Shown: one piece after another, positions 18,141 through 26,760 of the stretch | Numbering within the stretch: position 1 is the first letter of the stretch | Layout: the number at the start of each line of letters is the position of its first letter | DNA from: a virus | Lineage: Duplodnaviria > Caudoviricetes | DNA length: 64,000 nucleotides | Direction: 5' to 3' (one strand) | IMG/VR virus record: IMGVR_UViG_642918914_000001 | Span: 32,001 to 96,000 of that record | The notes under the pieces: model-generated | The model's database searches: none | Told to the model about the DNA's origin: nothing | What the model saw: only the letters and a program-made list of their open reading frames with translations | Translations under genes and position numbers: made by a program

Positions 18141-18814
18141 CTACTCAACGAGAGCCGTTGAAGCCCTGTCCCTTCTGTAGCGGTATTCCGACCCTGGAAG
18201 AGAAGCCGAATTCTGGGGTCGGTATGTGGACTGGGGGCCTACCTCCGGTTGTGGAGCGTACGGTCACAATCCGCTGTGACAGTTGTGGCATACCCCATCT
18301 CTACCGAAGCACGGAGGTGAAGCTGCACGCCTCAGAGAGCGAGGCGCGGGCTTTTATCTATACTCAGGCTGCTACTGTCTGGAATCTGCGGCCGACGCCA
18401 AACGCTCAGCTCACCGTGTCGGTCTTCCCAATCGCTACTCGTCCCGAGGACGGCCAGTACATCTTCTACTGGTTCGAGCCCTTCGGTACGTGGCACGCGG
18501 GACGATACGACAAGGCGAGTGATTCGGTGTACGGCCGATCGGGGTTCACTTCTGTGATTCCCGAAGTTCCGTTCTGGATGCCGGAATTCGAGCCGCAGGC
18601 CACACCCAACGCCGTGAACGACGTCACGCTGTATCGTGAGCTTCTGGCTTGCGCCTATCAGCTCGCGGGTTTGGTCGGGGCGCCGGTCAAATGGCTCGAC
18701 GCACTGAGCAACGGCGCTGAAGGCAAGTTGGAACGCGAAGTCATCAATCAGCTGTTACCCATCACTCAGGATCAACTGGATCCGAATTCGTTCGTCAAGT
18801 CGGAGGACCAATGA
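18137..18814 (+). CDS. Lar-family (restriction alleviation-like) zinc-finger domain protein
   Basis: LKPCPFCSG...IRCDSC...WNLR. Confidence 0.65.
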   Translation: MTTQREPLKPCPFCSGIPTLEEKPNSGVGMWTGGLPPVVERTVTIRCDSCGIPHLYRSTEVKLHASESEARAFIYTQAATVWNLRPTPNAQLTVSVFPIATRPEDGQYIFYWFEPFGTWHAGRYDKASDSVYGRSGFTSVIPEVPFWMPEFEPQATPNAVNDVTLYRELLACAYQLAGLVGAPVKWLDALSNGAEGKLEREVINQLLPITQDQLDPNSFVKSEDQ

Positions 18815-18987
18815 AATTCCGCATCGTACTGAGCGCGCTACTCCTCGTGCTCCTCATCATGCTGTACGCTGTGTTCCACAAGTCGTCGGTCGACGACAGC
18901 ACCGCACCTGATCCAGTCTCGCAGTCCTCGGACAGCGGGTCCTCCAGTTCGTCGGGCGGCGGTCAGTACTCCGGTCTCGGCAAGTGA
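18811..18987 (+). CDS. small membrane-anchored Ser-rich peptide (58 aa, not in ORF track)
   Basis: GGAGG + ATG; MKFRIVLSALLLVLLIMLYAV. Confidence 0.6.
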   Translation: MKFRIVLSALLLVLLIMLYAVFHKSSVDDSTAPDPVSQSSDSGSSSSSGGGQYSGLGK

Positions 18988-18992
18988 TCGCA

Positions 18993-19011
18993 AGTAGTAA
19001 ATAGCAGGTAC
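18993..19011 (+). promoter_or_regulatory. AGTAGTAAATAGCAGGTAC promoter-like motif
   Basis: Combines the GTAAATAG core with the AGTAGTA..AG..GTAC flanks seen at 3817 and 20444. Confidence 0.55.
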
Positions 19012-19050
19012 CACAACCCATCGAGGTTTTCTACAAGGAACAACAACATC

Positions 19051-20001
19051 ATGTCCAAAATCAATCGTGCTCAAATCGTGATCTTCGGCCTGCTGTATGG
19101 CTTCGCAACTCTGGCATCGGCACAAGCGTTGACCGTGGCCGGTGGTGGTGGCATCAAGCAAGGCTCGACCTACAGCGCAATCCTGGGCGAACTGGCTACG
19201 GCCTGTGCCGACGACGGCATCCAACTCAGCGAAGTCCAGACGTCGGGTGGTCCGCAGAACCTGGAACTGCTGAAGGGCAACAAGGTGGCTGCCGCCATCG
19301 TGCAGACCGACATCCTGTTCGCGGCCAAGCTGGACAACGCGACGTCGGTCGCCAACATCAAGACGGTTGTGGCACTGCATCCAGAGCCCATCCATCTGGT
19401 GGTGCGTGCCGATGCTAAGACCGAAGGTGGCGTCACTGTCTTCGGCAAGAACATCGGCGGCGACACCGTCGTGTTCAAGAACGCAGAAGACCTGAAGGGG
19501 CGTCCGGTGGGTGCGGTCGGCGGTAGCGTGATCAGCGCCCGTATCCTCGGCGAACAACTGCGCTACGGCTGGCAGATCACCGAGTATGCCAAGACCACGG
19601 ATCTGTTGCAGGCATTGTCTGCCCACAAGATCGACGCTGCCATCATCGTGGCGGGTGCTCCGTCGGCTGCTGTCGCTCAGATCAACGGCCATCAGTTCAA
19701 GCTGCTCCCCATTCGCGGCAACAGCGATACGGCTGCGGTCTACAATCCGGCCAAGATCCAGTACCCGAACCTGAATGCGGGCCGCGCCGTTGACACGCTG
19801 AGCGAACAGGCGCTGCTGGTGACTCGCACCTGGAAGTCGGACGACATGCTCAAGAAACTGGGCGCGGTCCGTGCGTGTTTCAACAAGCAACTGCCGAACA
19901 TCCAAGATCGTCAGGGCACGCATCCGGCGTGGCAGGACATGGACGCCACGCAGCAGGGCAAGTGGGTCTGGTACGACCTGCCGAAGGTCGCCGTCAAGTG
20001 A
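19051..20001 (+). CDS. TAXI-family TRAP periplasmic solute-binding protein
   Basis: Signal peptide; GSTY, TSGGPQNLELL, AIVQTD, LHPEPIHLVVR, DLKGRPVG. Confidence 0.8.
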   Translation: MSKINRAQIVIFGLLYGFATLASAQALTVAGGGGIKQGSTYSAILGELATACADDGIQLSEVQTSGGPQNLELLKGNKVAAAIVQTDILFAAKLDNATSVANIKTVVALHPEPIHLVVRADAKTEGGVTVFGKNIGGDTVVFKNAEDLKGRPVGAVGGSVISARILGEQLRYGWQITEYAKTTDLLQALSAHKIDAAIIVAGAPSAAVAQINGHQFKLLPIRGNSDTAAVYNPAKIQYPNLNAGRAVDTLSEQALLVTRTWKSDDMLKKLGAVRACFNKQLPNIQDRQGTHPAWQDMDATQQGKWVWYDLPKVAVK

Positions 20002-20008
20002 GGCACGT

Positions 20009-20299
20009 GTGAGCAACACTGCCTGCCATCCTGGATCCATTCTGCGGTACGAAGTAATACCTGCACTCAAGCTGTCGGAAGACGTCGCAGCCCGTCAGCT
20101 TGGGATTTCCCCCGCCCATCTGCGTGAAGTGTTGACCGAGAAGGCTCCGATCACCGCTGATCTCGCATTGCGCATCGAGCACTGGCTTGGCATCATGCAC
20201 GGTGGTCGTGCTCGCATGTGGCTGGAGATGCAGATGGACTACGACTTGCAAGTGGCGCAGGCCAGCCCGCCCACTGGCGTTTTGAAGGCACCTGTCTAA
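20009..20299 (+). CDS. higA: HigA-family HTH antitoxin/regulator (orphan)
   Basis: HPGSIL...AARQLGIS...ITADLALRI...WLEMQMDYDL. Confidence 0.85.
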   Translation: MSNTACHPGSILRYEVIPALKLSEDVAARQLGISPAHLREVLTEKAPITADLALRIEHWLGIMHGGRARMWLEMQMDYDLQVAQASPPTGVLKAPV

Positions 20300-20448
20300 T
20301 GCGACCTACCTGGACCGAAGACCAAGTCGCGCAGTTCAAGGAATGGCACGAGCGGCGGATGGCTGAGTTGCAATACCCGCCTGCACTTGTCGCCGAATTG
20401 CGACGCACCCGCGATCGCTGGATTCCAGCGGCTAAATCGCCGAAGTAG
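20299..20448 (+). CDS. small hypothetical protein
   Basis: TAATG coupling. Confidence 0.5.
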   Translation: MRPTWTEDQVAQFKEWHERRMAELQYPPALVAELRRTRDRWIPAAKSPK

Positions 20449-20486
20449 TACAGAGCAGTACCCGGGAGCCAAGAGGCTCCCGTTTT
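20444..20486 (+). promoter_or_regulatory. promoter-like motif followed by hairpin and T-tract
   Basis: AGTAGTACAGAGCAGTAC then CGGGAGCC-AAGA-GGCTCCCG-TTTT. Confidence 0.5.
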
Positions 20487-20510
20487 CATCAACTATCCAG
20501 AGAGGATATC

Positions 20511-21626
20511 ATGCAACAAGCTGAGAAGCGATACGATCTGTTGGTGTTCATAGGGCGGTTCCAGCCCTTCCACAACGGCCACAAGCACGTCGTGGATAAG
20601 GCGCTGGAACAAGCGGACAACGTTCTGGTGCTCGTCGGCTCGGCCAATCGCCCACGTACTCGCAAGAATCCGTGGTCGTTTGTCGAACGGCGCGATATGA
20701 TCCAATCGGTGTATCAGGACAACGGGCGACTGCACATTGCCCGCTTGGACGATCACCTGCACGAGAACGACTTCCACTGGATCATGGAAGTGCAACAGGC
20801 AGTCGCCGCGTGCTGCCGTTGGAAGCTAGGGTTGCGCGATGGTGCTGCACGCATCGGTCTTATCGGCCACTCGAAAGACCAGACGTCGTACTACCTGAAG
20901 AAGTTCCCGCAGTGGAGTTCGGTGAACGTCGACGGGTACAAGGTGGAAAACACGGTGCTGGACGCCACCAGTCTGCGCCGAGTCATGATCGAGGTCGGCG
21001 GCTGCTCTCCGACCTTCACCTTCGACCAATTCGTTCCGAAACCTGTAGCTGAATGGCTTCAACGTGAGCACGGACAGCATGGGAACGGGAACATGGCCAC
21101 TGATCTGTTGTTCAAGGACCTGAAGGTGGCTGATGACTTCGTGAAGAAGTATCGCGAAGATCATAAGTACAAGGGAGGGCAGCCGTACATGCCGATCCAC
21201 ACGACGACCGACGCAGTGGTCATTCAGTCGGGTCACGTGCTGCTGGGTCGCCGTAAATTCAACCCTGGGAAGGGTCTGTGGGCGTTGCCTGGTGGATTCG
21301 TGCACGAGTTCGAGCCGTCGATGAGTGCAGCACTCCGTGAGTTGCGCGAGGAGACGACGATCGATCTGCCGGACGAAACGCTGAAGCTGGCGTTCCGTTT
21401 CAAGCAGGTGTTCTCCGACGTGAACCGCAGTGACGATCGCGGCCGCATCATCACGCATGGGTATCTGTTCCTGCTCAACGATCGCGAGACGCTGCCCAAA
21501 GTCAAGGCCGCCGACGATCTGGCCGAGGTCAAGTGGGTACCACTGGGGTTGCTGGATAGCTCCGAGATGTATTCGGATCACTACTGGATCATCCACAAGA
21601 TGATTGACATGCTCCCGGTGGACTAA
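20511..21626 (+). CDS. nadM: bifunctional NMN adenylyltransferase / ADP-ribose pyrophosphatase (NadM-Nudix)
   Basis: FIGRFQPFHNGH (HxGH), GHSKD, Nudix box ALPGGF...ALRELREET. Confidence 0.95.
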   Translation: MQQAEKRYDLLVFIGRFQPFHNGHKHVVDKALEQADNVLVLVGSANRPRTRKNPWSFVERRDMIQSVYQDNGRLHIARLDDHLHENDFHWIMEVQQAVAACCRWKLGLRDGAARIGLIGHSKDQTSYYLKKFPQWSSVNVDGYKVENTVLDATSLRRVMIEVGGCSPTFTFDQFVPKPVAEWLQREHGQHGNGNMATDLLFKDLKVADDFVKKYREDHKYKGGQPYMPIHTTTDAVVIQSGHVLLGRRKFNPGKGLWALPGGFVHEFEPSMSAALRELREETTIDLPDETLKLAFRFKQVFSDVNRSDDRGRIITHGYLFLLNDRETLPKVKAADDLAEVKWVPLGLLDSSEMYSDHYWIIHKMIDMLPVD

Positions 21627-21629
21627 ACC

Positions 21630-22088
21630 ATGGACCTCAGTCAGCAAGAGCTGGCGATCTTGGCGTCCTTCGTCTTCCTGCCGCTTCCGAAACGAGCGGT
21701 AGGTCGACGTGGGGCCGAGGTGGCCCAAGTAGCGCGCCCTGTGTTCGCCAAGTTGTTTCAGAAGTACGTGAAGGGACGCTTCGCGTTGCAGGTAACGATC
21801 ACCTGCAAGAAGCTGGTGCGTCGCGGACTGCTGTACCAGAGCGGTACGGTGGAACCCGAGGTCAGGCAGCCGGTGCGTATGCAAAAGGCGAAGTGCGCAC
21901 CGTCGCCTATTCAAAGCCCTGTCTTTGCTTTGACGGAGTCTGGCCTGTGGTTCGTCTTGTCGCAGTGTGACCAATCGCAACTGTGTACCGCCCGTCAGGC
22001 GATCAGTGCATGGAAGCATTGGTATCACGCGTATGAAGACGAACCCGGCTTCCAGTCGTTCCAACATTTCGCGTTCGGCGCCGCTTAG
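21630..22088 (+). CDS. hypothetical protein (possible winged helix)
   Basis: KKLVRRGLL...FALTESG pattern. Confidence 0.55.
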   Translation: MDLSQQELAILASFVFLPLPKRAVGRRGAEVAQVARPVFAKLFQKYVKGRFALQVTITCKKLVRRGLLYQSGTVEPEVRQPVRMQKAKCAPSPIQSPVFALTESGLWFVLSQCDQSQLCTARQAISAWKHWYHAYEDEPGFQSFQHFAFGAA

Positions 22089-22147
22089 GCGCCAACCTTA
22101 AACCCTAGAGGGTTTGAGCATTCACCCAACTTTCCAGAGAGGAAATC

Positions 22148-23566
22148 ATGCAAGAGCAAATCAACGACTTCAACTTCGCTGCTGATACTGACAGCTACAA
22201 GTACAGTCACGGTCCACAAGTCCCGAAGAGTCTGGCCTACGTTTCCTCATACGGGGAAGCACGGTCCGACGCCGTGTTCCGGGGCGCGCTGTTTAGCGGC
22301 ATGCAAGTCCGAGTCAAGGACATGCTGGAAAAGCCGCTGACGATGGCGGATGTGGACTTCGCGTACGAGATGGCGATGGCGCATTGCGGGACTTTCCCAC
22401 TTGAGATGATGAAGAAGATCGTCACTCAATACGGCGGGCTGCCTCCGGTTCGGATTCAGGCGCTGCCCGAAGGGCTTGTTGTTCCCAATCGCACTGCCCT
22501 GTGGCAGATCGCCAACTTGGACCCGAGCATGCCGACGCTGCCGCAATTCATGGAGGACCAAATCCTCCGTGACGTGTGGTACATGTCGACTGTGGCTACG
22601 CTGAGCTGGCACATCAAGCAAGACATTCTCGCATTTCTCAACCGCACCTGTGACAACCCCGAAGAGGAGATCGTGTTCCGCCTCCACGACTTCGGGGCAC
22701 GCGGCGCTAGCTCTCGTGAGACAGCGGCGCACGGTGGTCTGGCTCACCTCATCAACTTCATGGGGACCGACACCGTGCTCGCGCTGTATGCTGCACGTCG
22801 TTATTACGGCGAGAAGGTGGCTGGATTCAGCATTCCTGCCATGGAGCACTTCACCGTGACGGCGTGGGGCCGTGAAAACGAGGCGCAGGCGTACGCGAAC
22901 ATGGTTGACACCTTCGGTGGTGAAGGCCGTATCTACGCATGTGTGTCGGATGCCTACGACATCTTCAACGCAGTGGACAACATCTGGGGCCAACAGCTCA
23001 AGGACCGGGTTCTGGCTAAAGGTGGGCGACTCGTCGTTCGTCCTGATTCCGGGGACCCGACATCCGTTGTTCTCTACTGCGTCAAGTCGCTGGCACGGTC
23101 GTTCGGAACGACGACCAACAAGAAGGGGTTCCAAGTGCTGCACCCTGCCGTTCGCGTCATCCAAGGTGATGGCGTGAACCGCGAGTCGATCAGGAGCATC
23201 CTGACGGCTCTCGAGATCAACGGATTCTCGGCAGAGAACGTTGCCTTCGGCATGGGTGGCGCCTTGTTGCAAGGCGTGAATCGAGACACCTTGGGTTTTG
23301 CTCAGAAGGCAAGCGCCATCACCTCTGGGCACAGCAGATGGATCGGTATCAGCAAGGAGCCGGTCACGGCCAAGCAGAAGGTTTCGAAGAAGGGGCGACT
23401 GGCAGTTGTGCGTGAAAGCGACAGCTACCTGACGATCCAGGAATCGGAACTGGGTGGCCGCGAGAACCTGCTCCAGGATGTCTTCGACGGACAGTCCCTT
23501 GTGCGAGACATGTCATTCTCCGAAGTTCGGGAGAACGCGAATCGAAGTGTGTTGCCCCGGCTGTAA
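22148..23566 (+). CDS. nadV: nicotinamide phosphoribosyltransferase (NAMPT)
   Basis: DTDSYKYSH, LHDFGARG, SIPAMEH, VSDAYD, VRPDSG, IQGDG, FGMGGALLQ, RDT. Confidence 0.97.
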   Translation: MQEQINDFNFAADTDSYKYSHGPQVPKSLAYVSSYGEARSDAVFRGALFSGMQVRVKDMLEKPLTMADVDFAYEMAMAHCGTFPLEMMKKIVTQYGGLPPVRIQALPEGLVVPNRTALWQIANLDPSMPTLPQFMEDQILRDVWYMSTVATLSWHIKQDILAFLNRTCDNPEEEIVFRLHDFGARGASSRETAAHGGLAHLINFMGTDTVLALYAARRYYGEKVAGFSIPAMEHFTVTAWGRENEAQAYANMVDTFGGEGRIYACVSDAYDIFNAVDNIWGQQLKDRVLAKGGRLVVRPDSGDPTSVVLYCVKSLARSFGTTTNKKGFQVLHPAVRVIQGDGVNRESIRSILTALEINGFSAENVAFGMGGALLQGVNRDTLGFAQKASAITSGHSRWIGISKEPVTAKQKVSKKGRLAVVRESDSYLTIQESELGGRENLLQDVFDGQSLVRDMSFSEVRENANRSVLPRL

Positions 23567-23570
23567 ATAG
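23563..23570 (+). promoter_or_regulatory. GTAAATAG promoter-like motif
   Basis: Recurrent motif; overlaps nadV stop. Confidence 0.5.
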
Positions 23571-23585
23571 GGGTGTAAGCAGTGC

Positions 23586-23617
23586 CCCGGTGGACCTAAC
23601 CCGTCCACCGGGTTTTT
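23586..23617 (+). terminator. intrinsic terminator
   Basis: CCCGGTGGAC/GTCCACCGGG stem + TTTTT. Confidence 0.8.
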
Positions 23618-23649
23618 GTGTCGCGCTTTCAACCTAACCATCTTCCATT

Positions 23650-24480
23650 ATGAATTTCGATACCTATCAACAAGTGGTCGGCCGACTGGCTGGTGAGTTC
23701 GGCGCAACCGGTCTGCCCGACCATCAGTATTTCCAATGGGCGATCGCGCGCATGAACGAGATCTACAGCCTGCCGATCAATCGCTACCCGACGCTGGATC
23801 ACCTGAACGAGAGCCCGCTGGACCGCATCGTCAAGTTCGCCAAGACGCTGCAGGACGAAGTGGACGAAGGCTATGAAATCGCGGCGGCGCTGGCCGTTCG
23901 CCTCAACGTCATCGAGTCGCCGACCAGCGGATGGTCGCGCGAAGACGTGCATCATGTTCTGGTGCGTGCGCATGCAGAAGTCGCCGGCGAGCGTGTGCTC
24001 GACGAGAAGACGCAGACCAAGCTGGTGAACGTGCTGCACAAGGCCATTCATACGCCGCAACACGACGACGGCACGACCGAACTCGACCGCCAAATCCTGG
24101 TGATGATCGCCGACTGGCTTGGTGACGTCAACGTGTACGTACGCAGCGAAGCGCTGAAGTTCGGTATTCCGGTAGAAGCCGTGCACGCCCCAATCATGGG
24201 GTCGAACTTCACGAAGCTGGACGAGAACAACGAGCCGATCAAGAACGCGATGGGCAAAGTGGAGAAGGGTCCGAACTTCGTTCCGCCGGAAGCCCACATC
24301 TACGCAACGCTCTTCGAGTCGGCTTCGCTCAGCGATCAGCTGGACGTCGAGACGCAGAAGCATACCGAGCGCCTGACGACCGCGATGATGGGCTTCGCTG
24401 ATCCAATGGGCGAAGTGCTGGACGCGCAGACGGACGAGGACCAAGAAGACGAAGACGACGGCGCGGACTTCGACTACTGA
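23650..24480 (+). CDS. MazG-like/all-alpha NTP pyrophosphohydrolase
   Basis: LQDEVDE, ADWLGDVNVY, IMGSNFTKL, GKVEKGPNFVPPE. Confidence 0.8.
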   Translation: MNFDTYQQVVGRLAGEFGATGLPDHQYFQWAIARMNEIYSLPINRYPTLDHLNESPLDRIVKFAKTLQDEVDEGYEIAAALAVRLNVIESPTSGWSREDVHHVLVRAHAEVAGERVLDEKTQTKLVNVLHKAIHTPQHDDGTTELDRQILVMIADWLGDVNVYVRSEALKFGIPVEAVHAPIMGSNFTKLDENNEPIKNAMGKVEKGPNFVPPEAHIYATLFESASLSDQLDVETQKHTERLTTAMMGFADPMGEVLDAQTDEDQEDEDDGADFDY

Positions 24481-24497
24481 TTTTCGCCAAGTCGCAT

Positions 24498-24518
24498 AGG
24501 GACCTTCGGGTCCCTTTC
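24498..24518 (+). terminator. intrinsic terminator
   Basis: AGGGACC-TTCG-GGTCCCT-TTC. Confidence 0.75.
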
Positions 24519-24532
24519 GTCGTTTGTGGTCC

Positions 24533-24544
24533 GCAATTTGATGG
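24533..24544 (+). promoter_or_regulatory. putative late promoter GCAATTTGATGG
   Basis: One of 9 intergenic copies upstream of virion-region genes. Confidence 0.65.
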
Positions 24545-24572
24545 CAAGTCACAATCCTGTGTGGAACTAACC

Positions 24573-26240
24573 ATGCCAATCAATCCCACCTTGGTCACCG
24601 CCAGTCAGCTTCAGTCTCTGATCCACCTGTTGATGGTGCTGATCGTGGACTATCGGGACAATGGCCCGGAGTCGCGTCCGGACAAAGAGACCGCGGCCGA
24701 ACTGCAACACCTCAAGCCCGCTGTTCAACAGTGGGCGAAGTCGCTTCCGGCGCTGCCAACTGCCTACCTGGCGGCGATCAATGGTGCCAACAAGGCATCG
24801 ACCCTCGCACTGTTGGGTGAAGAGCTGCGTTCGCAGTTCTCGGAATTCCGTGCGAACGAACGCTTCTCCAGCGACGAGTTGGAAGTGCTCCGTGCTTGCA
24901 TCGCGTACCTGCGCACGGACAGCGTTCCCGCACTCAAAAAGCTGGAAAAGATGGCGGGCGTCGCTCATTCGCCGTACGTCAGCAAGCGTATGGTTCCGCA
25001 GGCAGGATCGCAAGACCGCACGAGCGGTGCCCTGCAGTCCCTCGTTCAGCAGATGGTCGGTCGCAATGACACGGCCTTGACTGTGGATGAGGCGAAGCAG
25101 GTCAAGGAACTGCATCCAGACCTGTACAAGGAATATCTGGCCTATCGTCGTGAGCACAATCAGGTGTGGAAAGACACGGCGGTGGCATTCGTGCGGAACT
25201 CTGGCCACAAGGCCGTTCCCTACGAAGACCTCATCGACTATCTGCACGCGAACGGCATCGATCACATGCTGCCAACCGGCTTCACCGGTCTGGTTGACGA
25301 TCGACTGCGCATGTACACGCGTGACGGTCATCTGATCGACGGCGTACCTAACGCCGTGACCTTCCCCTCCGTTGTGATGAATCCGACCTACGGCAAAGCT
25401 GGCGGCGGTGACTACGTGTTCAAGGCTGTGCGCAGTGGCGGACAAGACGGCCCTCCGTTCTACACCGTGGACTTCAAGCGTGCCTCGTCGCGTGCCAAGT
25501 TCGAGAAGGTCGCTGACTTCATGCCTCGCGTCGAAGGCATGCAGAAGAAGTGGTTCAACATGGTGCGCAAGTTCAACGAGCAAGACATCAAGTGCGTGTG
25601 TGCCGTGGTGCTCGAAATCCTGTACGAGTTCAGCGCTCGCATCGGCAGTCTTGGTAACGCGACTGGCGGTCAGTCCACGTTCGGCGTGAGCACGTTGCTG
25701 GTGAAACACGTGCTGGTCAGTCCCAACGGCGACATGGTCCTGCGCTACAAGGGCAAAGATGGTGTGCAAACGCGCCATCGTCTGTCGAAGGCTGATCCGT
25801 TCCAGAAGTTCGTGATCGCCGACATCATGAAGATGCTGCCCGGCAAGAAGCCGAACGATCGTCTGTTCACATACGAGAAGAACGGCAAGTGGATTCCGGT
25901 GAGTGGCGCACAGGTCAACGCGCTGTTCAAGTCCATGGGCGCACCTGAAGGTGTGACCGTCCACAAGCTGCGTACGGTGAAGGGCACGCACGTCTTCAAC
26001 GAGATGATGGAGAAGGTGTTCCAGCGTCCGCCCAAGGATGAGAAGCGGGCAATGGAAATCTACGTCAAGATGACGGAGCAGGTGGGCAAGGTGCTGAATC
26101 ACGTGCGTCGTGGTGCAGGTGGCGACAAGGTGACGGGCACCACGGCACGCGCCAACTACATCGACCCAGAAGCACAGCTCATGTACTGGCGCGAACTGGG
26201 CTTCCGCCCGCCGAAGTTCCTTGAACGCTTCATGGAGTAA
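24573..26240 (+). CDS. type IB DNA topoisomerase with long N-terminal extension
   Basis: Poxvirus/bacterial TopIB pattern: SARIG, FGVSTL..KHV, YKGKDG, VHKLRT, LNH, TARANY. Confidence 0.85.
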   Translation: MPINPTLVTASQLQSLIHLLMVLIVDYRDNGPESRPDKETAAELQHLKPAVQQWAKSLPALPTAYLAAINGANKASTLALLGEELRSQFSEFRANERFSSDELEVLRACIAYLRTDSVPALKKLEKMAGVAHSPYVSKRMVPQAGSQDRTSGALQSLVQQMVGRNDTALTVDEAKQVKELHPDLYKEYLAYRREHNQVWKDTAVAFVRNSGHKAVPYEDLIDYLHANGIDHMLPTGFTGLVDDRLRMYTRDGHLIDGVPNAVTFPSVVMNPTYGKAGGGDYVFKAVRSGGQDGPPFYTVDFKRASSRAKFEKVADFMPRVEGMQKKWFNMVRKFNEQDIKCVCAVVLEILYEFSARIGSLGNATGGQSTFGVSTLLVKHVLVSPNGDMVLRYKGKDGVQTRHRLSKADPFQKFVIADIMKMLPGKKPNDRLFTYEKNGKWIPVSGAQVNALFKSMGAPEGVTVHKLRTVKGTHVFNEMMEKVFQRPPKDEKRAMEIYVKMTEQVGKVLNHVRRGAGGDKVTGTTARANYIDPEAQLMYWRELGFRPPKFLERFME

Positions 26241-26251
26241 GGGATGACAAC

Positions 26252-26755
26252 ATGAAGATCAACTCTGCATTCCGATTGCTGGTCACCAGCCACAAACAGG
26301 ACGAGGTGTGGAAGAACGGCGTGCGCGGCTACCACAACGCAGCAGGCGCTGTGATCCTGGCGTTGGACACAGGACGCATCCTTCTGCAGCTACGCGCTGC
26401 TGACAGCGACACGCCTAACACCTATGGTCAGTTCGGCGGATCACTCGACAACAACGAAGATGTGAATGACGGCCTGCGTCGTGAGATTCGAGAAGAGACC
26501 GGCTACGCTGGTCCTCTGAAGATCCGTCCACTCACTCCGTTCCGCGACCCGGCCAAGGGCTTCGTCTACTACAACAATCTTGCAGTGGTACCCAAGGAAT
26601 TCGTGTTTGCGCCGCCTGCGGAATTCGCCAAGGAGAGCGGTGGTCACCTGTGGTTCGATCCTCGTGCTGCGTGGCCTGCTCCGCGACATCCGGGCCTGGA
26701 TTGGCTGATCGAAGAGGGGTCACTGTACAAGGCGCTCGCCTATTTCCTGGGGTAA
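26252..26755 (+). CDS. Nudix hydrolase carrying the RL leader
   Basis: GGSLDNNEDVNDGLRREIREETG; N-terminus MKINSAFRLLVTS. Confidence 0.9.
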   Translation: MKINSAFRLLVTSHKQDEVWKNGVRGYHNAAGAVILALDTGRILLQLRAADSDTPNTYGQFGGSLDNNEDVNDGLRREIREETGYAGPLKIRPLTPFRDPAKGFVYYNNLAVVPKEFVFAPPAEFAKESGGHLWFDPRAAWPAPRHPGLDWLIEEGSLYKALAYFLG

Positions 26756-26760
26756 CGGAT

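Noticed and set aside
20299-20448. Small ORF after higA as the cognate toxin
   Set aside because: Only 49 aa, lacks RelE/HigB features, and HigB normally lies upstream of higA.
24573-26240. Possible tyrosine integrase or protelomerase
   Set aside because: Motifs (RIG, GVSTL..KHV, KGKDG, KLRT) fit topoisomerase IB better; no att sites or lysogeny module seen.
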